Of a stretch of DNA of 64,000 nucleotides, positions 54,840 to 64,000 are shown one piece after another. Numbering within the stretch: the stretch's first letter is position 1; every line of letters begins with the position of its first letter. The stretch lies in the NCBI RefSeq assembly GCF_006345805.1, contig NC_043018.1, positions 5,580,001-5,644,000 of the forward strand. Reading direction: 5' to 3'. The notes under the pieces were generated by a model. That model did no database searches, was not told the origin of the DNA, and saw only the letters and a list, made by a program, of their open reading frames with translations. Source of the DNA: Octopus sinensis. Taxonomy: Eukaryota. Made by a program: the position numbers and the translations under genes.

Positions 54840-56391
54840 TTAAAATGACTATTTCAAGAGCAGAGAAGTAAAATATTTCTAGGATTTATTACAGATTATT
54901 ATTATCTTTTGTTTTGTTGTACAGTGTATCACAGGTACCTCAGTGTTTAATTTTTTCTTTTTTTTTTTTATAGAATAGATGAACATTTCACCTCTTTTCT
55001 GCTTGCATTCTTTTTTTTTTCTTTGATACATACATACAAGACAAGTAATGAAAATAGAAATTTATTTATTCATTTATTTTTTTTTTGTAAAATAAAAACT
55101 AAAAAAAAAGTTTTCAGAGGAAAAAAAAGAAAAACAGTCGTAAGTGAATAAAGCAGAACAGGGAGGCTGGTGGGGCAACATAGATTGCACTGGAATGAGT
55201 TAGCATTTTCACCCTTCTAAAGTCGATAAATTTATAGAATGAGACAATTCTATTTGGACACTGATGATCTGACACGGCTGACTGGACATTGAAGCTGTTT
55301 GGGTAACAGCACTCTTTGGCACTGGAGGCAAACCTATGCAAGTCGCACAAAATATGTACATACAGATAGAAAGTGTAAGAGAATGAGATATTACAATACA
55401 GATACAAAACCAACTTTGCAGACATTAATGGTTCTGGGACCTTTTCTAATCCTCACCACTCTACCTGCATTGCATTTAATTTATCATCATTTAACATCTA
55501 TTTTCTGTGCTTAATTCATCATCATCATCATCGTTTAACGTCCACTTTCCCTGCTAGCATGGGTTGGATGATTGACTGAGGGCTGGCAAACCAGATGGCT
55601 GCACCAGGCTCCAATCTTGATCTGGATGCCCTTCCTAACACCAACCACTCTGAGAGTGTAGTGGGTTCTTTTACATGCCAGTCAGGCGGTAGTGGCAACG
55701 ACCTCACTCAAATCTTTTACACATGCCACTGGCACAGGTACCAGTAAGGTGATGCTGGTAACGATCATGCTCAAATAGTATCTTTTACGTGCCACCGACA
55801 TAGAGGCCAGATCATGCTCGGATGATGCTCTTCATACCCTACTAGCACGGGGCTCAAGTGCCAGTAAGGTGACGCTGGTAACTATCACGCTTGAATGGTG
55901 CCTTTTGAGTGCCACTGGCATGGAGCTGGTTAACCGCTCTGTCAATGATCATACTTGTATGGTGCTTAATTATTTAAATTAATATTTAATCTTTTAAATG
56001 AATTAATATTTAACTATTTAAGTAAATTAATATTTAAGACAGCTGTGTAAAGAAGTGCCAAGCTCTAATTGTGGAGGGTACTTGTGGAAGAGGTAGACCC
56101 AAGAAGACGTGGGACGAAGTGGTAAGAAAGGATCTTTGGTCACTGAGGAAGTGAAAAGGGACCGGGAGATGGGGCTATTTGCTGCACTTGGTAAGATGCA
56201 TTAAGCTAAGTAAAATCAATGTCTTCCACATATACAGGCTTGACCTTTCAGGTGATGGGGCCTCATAAAAAGGTCCCATGCCAGTACTGTGCAAATGCAT
56301 CCATGCCGGTGGCATATAGAAAGCACCTAGCAACACTCTTAGGCTGTTGGCGTTAGGAAGGGCATCCAGCTATGGAAACTTCTTACAGCAT

Positions 56392-56700
56392 TCACCCGGG
56401 GTGGGTTGAGCTGGCTTCATTTATCCTCAATGCTGCATCTCTCACAAACGCCGACCAGGCCTGGCGATTTGAGGCTAACGACCACGTGATCTCCAACCAC
56501 TCCCTATTCCAGCGGTGAACGCCATAGATATGGGGGCCTAGGTTGGGTTCCAGATCAACCATGACAGTCATCAGCCAGGTTTTTCGTTGTCCACCATGCT
56601 TTCGTAGATGAATTCTCTTGGTTGACGACGGAGGGTATGACCCAGCCAACGCAGACATCTCGTTAGGATGACTTGTCGGAGGGAGGTGATTCTGCACTGG
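56392..56700 (-). mobile_element. RTE-like LINE 3' fragment
   Basis: LRWLGHTLRR...W..LASNRQAWSAFVRDA. Confidence 0.7.
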
Positions 56701-57636
56701 TGTCGCACCAGTGTCTCCAACAATTCAGTGTGACACCAGCTATGGAAACCATGCCACAACAGACAATTGGAGTCTGGACAGCTCCGTGTCAAATCATCCA
56801 ACCCATGCCAATATGAAAAACAGATGTTAAACAATGATGATGTTGAATATTTAATTAAGTAAATCTAATATTTAATTTAGAGTGTGTTGATCAAGGTGAT
56901 CTCCCTTGGTTCTGAAAACAGTTACCTGTAAAGGCTTTGATACCAAAGATTCCAGAAAATCCAAGTTATAGCTGTATGTTAGTTAAATATGATTGACATA
57001 AGCACTTTCCTCTCCTCAAACGCATAAATGGAAATATACTCACACACATAAACAGCAAGAGGTGGGGCGTGAAGGGGAGAATCAGAGAAACATTAAAATG
57101 TCAGATGTCCAAACAAGTTGGTGTCAAATCAGCAACACTGAAATAGCTGTGCCAAAACATATCCATAAATTTAGAAGCAATTATATATTGGAGGTTAATC
57201 TAATTAAATTTAGCTTTTTTTAAGTTAGAAATTATTATTATTATTAGTGCATAAGACACACATTAGCCATGAATTTTTAGCACTGAACACATGGTGATGA
57301 GCCAAAGTCTATAACCATAATATTGTGACTGTTGTGTCTCTGAGCAAGGAACAGATTCTGCTTGACTGACAAAACATACTCCTACTTCAGAGATGAGTGA
57401 TAAACAACAGGCAAAAAAAAAATGGCTCAAACAAAGAATTGTTTAAACTATCCTGGCATGACTGATCATTATTGCAAAATATATCTACATCCATTCTCTG
57501 AACCATGAACATGACATCATCTGCCAGACTGACAAAATATACTGCTACTTCACAGAAGTGATTGACAACAGAAAATAGGAATGGCTCTGCCAAAATATTC
57601 TATCCAAGCATGACTGATATCATTATCATCATTTAA

Positions 57637-57832
57637 CCCTTTCATTACTGTATTTATTTTGAGATGCTCTGTGTTTTAAGTATAACAATGAATTTAGTAA
57701 AATAACTGAGTTACCATTAAGCACATAAATTGTGACTAAGGTTTGGTGGAAGGTTTTAATTCAAAACTTTTGAAAACAAGACATTTGTACTACAGAGCCA
57801 GAGCTGGTTTTGGCCAGGTTGGTAATGAAGGG
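57637..57832. mobile_element. piggyBac-type MITE, second copy
   Basis: TTAA|CCCTTT ... GAAGGG(A)TTAA; the interior is homologous to 54640-54839. Confidence 0.75.
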
Positions 57833-57974
57833 ATTAACATCCAAGTTCCATGGTTTGACAGGATTTGATGTGTCCAAGGACTGCACCTTGTTTGAATTGT
57901 CTGCTTTGGTATGGTTTCTATGCCTAGATGCTCTTTCTAATGCAAACCACTTTACAGTGCATACAAGGTGTGTT

Positions 57975-58890
57975 TTCATGCCACTATTGTAGTTGTAATA
58001 CCAGTGCTGGTGGCACATAAAAGAACCATCCGAATGTGATCATTGCCAGCGCCGCCTCGACTGGCCTCCATGCCAAAAAGCGCCAACCGATCGTGGCCGT
58101 TGCCAGCCTCACCTGGCACGTAAAAAGCACCCACTACACTCATGGAGTGGTTGGCATTAGGAAGGGCATCCAGCTGTAGAAACACTGCCAGATCAGACTG
58201 GACCTGGTGCAGCCTCCTGGCTTCCCAGACCCTGATCAGACCGTCCAACCTATGCTAGCATGGAAAGCGGACATTAAACGATGATGATGAGAAATAGCGA
58301 GGTTGTTATACAGTTCAGAAGATTGTCTTCATTCCTGATCTTTCTCACCTTGTGTTTCCTCTACAGCAAGGCACCTGTATTTGTCTCTATAACCTTTTCG
58401 TCATCACCTCCTTCAATGCCGTCTCCCCGGTTTTTGTCTTGCAAGTACTTGGTAACCCTGTCAGTGCAGGTGCCACTTAAAAGTACCCAGGTGGTTGGTG
58501 CTTGGAAGGGCATCCAGCTGTAAAAACCCTTGCCATGTTTGTGCCACATAAAAAGCACTAAGTCCATTCAGCTGAGTGATTGGTGTTAGGAAGGGCATCC
58601 AGCTGTAAAAACCCTGCCAAAACTGACCTTGCTAGTGCTTGTGTCACGTAAAAAGCACTAAGTCCACTCAGCTGAGTGGTTGGTTGGTGTTAGGAAGGGC
58701 ATCCAGCTGTAAAAAGTCCTAAGTCCACTCTGCTGAGTGGTTGGTTGGTTGGTGTTAGGAAGGGCATGCAGCTGTAAAAATCCTGCCAAGACAGTCACAG
58801 ATGTCTAGTGCAGGCTTCGGCCTGAACAGCATGTGGTACTGTTCCACCCATGCTAGCATGGAATATAGACATTAAATGATGATGATAATG
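57975..58890 (+). repeat. Dispersed repeat family (GGTTGGCATTAGGAAGGGCATCCAGCTGTA..., (TGA)n tail) with local tandem expansion
   Basis: Motif copies at ~53030, 56345, 58150, 58495, 58580, 58680 and 58745; reverse copies at ~55510-55950 and 61150-61500. Confidence 0.7.
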
Positions 58891-60154
58891 AAGACTACAA
58901 TATTTGGGTCTACCTTACAGAAAGAAGTCACGTAGCAGTTATCTCAAAGATATTCATCTACTTAGGAAGCTGGTGAAACTGAATTACTAAACTAAATGCT
59001 TTACAATATCTAGTTTGGGTTTCAAATCTCAAAGTGAGTAGCCAGTAATACATTTAATTTACTTCATTAAATATAAAAATATACTTCCTTAATTGAGAAA
59101 TTTAAGTGTGTTTTTTTGTTTGTTTTTTTTTTGTTGCTTTTTACGAAATCAGGAATGGTGGATTGACAGATGTGTCAGAGCATTGAAAAAATAGCCTTAG
59201 TGTTTGTTCTGGCTCTTTAAGTTCCGAGTTCAAATTCCACTGAGGTTATGTCTTCATTTTCCTCCCAACTTTTTTTTTTTTTAGCCCTAGGGCTAATAAG
59301 GCCAGTTACTTGACATGTAAGTGACCAAGATCACAACACTGCACCGGTTGGGAAACTAGTTCATTATAAGATTGAAGGCCAGCAATTTTGAGGGTAAGGG
59401 ACAAGTTGACCACATCAACCCCAGTGCTTGACTAGTACTTTATTTTATTGAGCCCTAAGAAAACGAAAGGCAAAGACTCCTCTGGAGTTGCTAAAGTATA
59501 GTACCAGTCATATACTAGTGTTGATGTAATCTATTATTCCCCCGCCCCATATTTCTAACCTCAGGTCTATGAAGTTATTATTATTATTATTATTGCTATC
59601 AGCAGAGTGGAAGAACTGTAATATCACACTAAATACTTTGCATCATATAATTACATCATCATCATTGTTTTAATGTTCACATTTCCATGCTAGCATGGGT
59701 CACACATGATTCATTGAGGCAGATTTTTCTATGGCTGGATGCTCTTCCTGTGGCCAACCCTCACTTGTTTCCAGGTAAGGTAATGTTTCTACACAACCGG
59801 ACATGTTTACACGGAAATGAATGAACTACTTGTGCGACAACAGGAGACCAATGTGTATGATACACAAACTAATAAGTGTATGTGAACGTGTTTGTGTATT
59901 ATAAAGAGATATGCTCAACAGCAAATGATGGGTATATGTTGAAAAAGTTATAGGTGGATGTCACTCTTGGTTCTAAACTCTTGTCAGAACAAAAACTATT
60001 TTTGAAATATATCTGAATTTTAAAAAAAGGTATTCTAAGGCATTCTCCAAGACAAAGTCTTCAAGTAGGCCCCTTATAATCTAATGGATTTCACCACTGG
60101 TTCTAATTAAGAATTACTTTACAATACTAAGAATTACTACAACACAGCTGCAGG

Positions 60155-60545
60155 AGGGGCTGTGTGGTAAGTAGCTTGCTTACCAACCACATGGTTCCGG
60201 GTTCAGTCCCACTGCGTGGCACCTTGGGCAAGTGTCTTCTACTATAGCCTCAGGCCGACCAAAGCCTTGTGAGTGGATTTGGTAGACGGAAACTGAAAGA
60301 AGACCGTCGTATATATGTATATATATGTGCGTGTGTGTTTGTGTGTCTGTCCCCCTAGCATTGCTTGACAACCGATGCTGGTGTGTTTACGTCCCCGTCA
60401 CTTAGCAGTTCGGCAAAAGAGACCGATAGAATAAGTACTGGGCTTACAATGAATAAGTCCCGGGGTCGAGTTGCTCGATTAAAGGCAGTGCTCCAGCATG
60501 GCCGCAGTCAAATGACTGAAACAAGTAAAAGAGTAAAGAGTAATA
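60155..60545 (+). mobile_element. SINE family A, full-length copy
   Basis: Near-consensus copy of the 1395-1790 family. Confidence 0.85.
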
Positions 60546-62476
60546 ACAACTGGCATTCTGTCAGTTATGACGATTAGGGTTCCCGTTGATCCTATCAATA
60601 GAACAGCCTGCTCTTGAGATTGATGTGAAAGTGGGTTGAGCACTCTACAGACACACAAACCCTTAATGTAGTTCTCAGTGAGATTCAGCATGACACAGAA
60701 TGTGACAGGGCTGGCCCTTTGAGAAAATAGATACAACTCATTTTTGCCAGCTGAGTGGACTGGATTAACATGAAATAAAGTGTCTTGCTCAAGGACACAA
60801 TGCACTGCTGGGATTCGACCTCATGACCTTACGATTATGAGCTGAATACCCTAACCACTAAGCCATGTGCCTTCACTCTCCAATAGTAAGGCTCGCTTCA
60901 GTGGGTAACAAAGTTATTTCGTCTCTAAAAATGGATAATATAATCCTTTCTATTATAGGCACAAGGCCTGAAATTTAGTGGGGGGAGGGGACAAGTCGAT
61001 TACATCAACCCCAGTGATTCACCGGTACTTAATTTTTCGACCCTGAAAGGATGGGATGGCAAAGTTGAACTCAGAATATAAAGATGAACGAAATACCGCT
61101 AAGCTTACTGCCTGGCATGCCGACCATTCTGCCAGCTTACCACCTTCATCATCATCATCATCACCGTTTAACGTCTGCTTTCCATGCTTGTATGGGTTGG
61201 ACGATTTGACTGAGGACTGGTAAACCAAATGGCTGCACCAGACTCCAATCTGATCTCGCAGAGTTTCTACAGCTGGTATGCCTTTCCTAACGCCAACCAC
61301 TCCGAGAGTGTAGTGGGTTCTTTTACGTGCCACCAGCACGAGGGCCAGTCAGGCAGTACTGGCAACGGTCATGCTCAAATGATGTTTTTTACATGCCACC
61401 TGCACAGGAGCCAGTCCAGCGGCAACTGATAATGACCTCACTCGAATGTTTTTTCACGTGCTGGTAAGGTGATGGTAACGATCACGCTCAAATGGTGCTT
61501 TTTACATGTGTGTGTGTATGTGAGTGTATACACACACACACACACACAGATTTATATATAATAATAATAAAAATAATAATAATGGAATGTGTTGTTAAAA
61601 CTAATGCTAACAGGTTTAAATTTCCATTAGATTTTTACTATTATTTTACTTATGCTGTTTTATCAAGCATTCATCAGTGGAAAAATTGTTGTTATAGATA
61701 TGTACATGTGAATAAATGTTGGAGAAATTTCTTTTTACAGACAACTTGATGTCTCTCTGTTCCTGTGAAGTAGGCTACCTGTCAGGTAAAGCGGATTAAA
61801 GTAGAGTCCCCTGACTCAACAAACATATTCAACTCAGAACCACACAAAACTATTTTAGGTGTTGTTCCAAATGAAATACTAACCCCACGACCATCGCCAC
61901 ATAAAAAATATAATTTGTAGCAATTAATGATATAATTATTAGCAATTTATATTAATTGAAATCCTTTTTTAAAACAGAATTTGAAATTCATGTAAATAAT
62001 ACCAAATACCAAATTTAAATGTAATTAAAAGAAGAAAAATTTGTTTTAAATATTATTTAAAATGGAAATGATGATAACGATTTCAAATTTTGGCACAATG
62101 CCAGCAATTTGGGGGAAGGGGCTAAGTCAATTACATCGACCCCAGTACGTAACTGGTACTTATTTTATCGACCCTGAAAGGATGAAAGGCAAAGTTGACC
62201 TCAGCAGAATTTGAACTCAGAACGTAAAGACGGGACAAAATATCACTAAGCACTTTGCCCGGATTGCTTAATGTTTCTGCCAGCTCCGCTGTGTTGAAAA
62301 TAATATTAAATAATGATAATAAAGATAAAAATGGGATAAACTATCACCAATGTGTTGATCAACCAAAACATTTTGTTTATATTTCACACCAGGTTCAAAC
62401 TGTTAAATACAGTTAAACAGAGTGTTAAAACACAAGCAACACAACTAAAAATGTTAGCATGTAGAATATATATATA

Positions 62477-62872
62477 TATATTAATAAATAAAACATATGC
62501 ATTTATATATATACATATATGAGCGTACCAACCTCTACATGTATATATACATGCATATATGGGTACAGGACACCAAAAAAACGTCGAACACTATGAGAAA
62601 CGAAAACATAAACACAAAACCCAGGAACTGGACATTTTTCTTAAACAACAAAAAAATAGAGTACAGTCCTTGTGTTATTTGTCCTGTACTCTATTTTTGT
62701 TGTTGTTTAAGAAAAATGTCCATTTCCTTGGTTTTGTGCTTATGTTTTCGTTTCTCATTGTGTTCGACATTTTTTTGGTGTCCTGTACCCATATATGCAT
62801 GTATATATACATGTAGAGGTTGGTACGCTCATATATGTATATATATATGCATATGTTTTATTTATTAATATA
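62477..62872. repeat. Fold-back (~190-bp arms, 17-nt loop) downstream of the IRE1 stop codon
   Basis: Arms ~62477-62666 and 62684-62872 with only scattered mismatches. Confidence 0.85.
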
Positions 62873-63311
62873 TTATATGACGGAACGCACGCATCCATTT
62901 CTAAGTAAGATTGTTCTTGATATATATATATATATATATATATTCATATTTGAAGTTCTGTTTAGGAATGTAGCCATTCATAGTGTATTATTATTATTAT
63001 TATATGTACAATTGCGAACATTTGGTTAAAAACCTGACTAACATGTCATACCTCCCTCCCATGATAAAAATATTTAGAAATTTTAAAATGTAAAGAAAGA
63101 ATGTTTTGATACAAAAACTTCTTCCTTTTTCTGTTTTTTTTTTTTAAATGATTATACATACATATATCATATGTATATTAAAGAGACTGTATATAACATG
63201 TTTTATAAATGTTTGTTATAGTTTTGAATATATGAGATCACAGAATTTTAAATGATAAATATGTATATGTGTTGTGTGTGTGTGTGTGTATGTATGTGTG
63301 TGCGTTTTGTC

Positions 63312-63932
63312 TTAAGTATCGTAATATTGAGACAATGTATTTTCATTTGAACAACAGACTGCTGCTTTGTAAGTATGTAATAAAAGACGAGGAAATCTGG
63401 ATGTGAAATATTCAATAAACTCTGAAGGGAATGAACCTAAAGACTTTTGGACTGCTTCTGGAAGTTCTTTATAATGATTTCTCTGGAAAAAGAAAAAAAA
63501 AGAAAGAACATATGAGAAACGATATTTAAAAATAGATTTTGTTATATGTATGAGTGTGTGTATGTATACACAACAACAACACACACAAACCAGTTATATA
63601 TATTGCAAACTCAAATATAAAAACACACACACACACACATACACTTACAAGGGGGGTGATGAAAAGTTCCTGGCTTTGAGTAAATACAAGAAGATCAGTT
63701 AATTATGGAATTTATTCAACAGAAAACTGAAGGACTGCTGCAATAAGTGTGTGATTCAGAGAGGAGGAAGAAGAAGAATAGGAAGAAGAAGAAGGAGAAG
63801 AAGAATAGGAAGAAGAAGATGTTGATGTTGTTGTCATTAAGTGTAATAAAAAAAATGCTTTTACCTTATTTCTCATTGCTCGGATTAAATCTTTCACCAA
63901 TGCGCCATTATATGTACGGAATTTTCTCAAGT
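63312..63932 (-). CDS. ERN1: IRE1 serine/threonine kinase-endoribonuclease, last two coding exons (KEN RNase domain)
   Basis: Exon 63865-63932 (DLRKFRTYNGALVKDLIRAMRNK) and exon 63312-63482 (RNHYKELPEAVQKSLGSFPSEFIEYFTSRFPRLLLHTYKA...QYYDT*), both GT-AG. These match the IRE1 motifs DLRKFRTY..S.RDLLRAMRNKKHHYRELP and YFTSRFP.LL.HTY. The catalytic Tyr and His equivalents are retained. Confidence 0.93.
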
Positions 63933-64000
63933 CTGAGAAGAAAGGAGGAAAAAGAATTAGCACTCAAGGAGCTGAATCACAGAAGATTGCTAAATTATTA

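Noticed and set aside
63655-63720. Mariner-like terminal sequence in the last IRE1 intron
   Set aside because: A single short end with no partner TIR or transposase remnant.

Overview
AT-rich, microsatellite- and SINE-dense metazoan genomic DNA. It is most likely an octopus, inferred from the SINE families and repeat landscape and not verified. There is one 100-N assembly gap at 44687-44786. All genes are on the minus strand. Two tandem, diverged low-specificity L-threonine aldolase-like paralogs are present: copy A (exons 1-4 in window, 968-4346) and copy B (complete, 9 coding exons, 360 aa, 11137-26477). The last two coding exons of IRE1 (KEN RNase domain) lie at 63312-63932. The rest is SINEs, LINE fragments (CR1/L2-like and RTE-like), Helitrons, MITEs, Tc1/pogo remnants and Penelope-like debris. 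The main finding is in intron 7 of aldolase B: a head-to-head array of ~533-bp ORF-less units (14251-17040) carrying five canonical type I hammerhead ribozyme motifs (CUGACGA core, GUC site, palindromic stem III), a retrozyme/Penelope pLTR-like unit. Hammerhead-like motifs from at least four other unrelated repeat families also occur in the window. The aldolase reading frames are intact but have lost or changed several conserved active-site elements. Most long ORFs in the supplied track are low-complexity artefacts.
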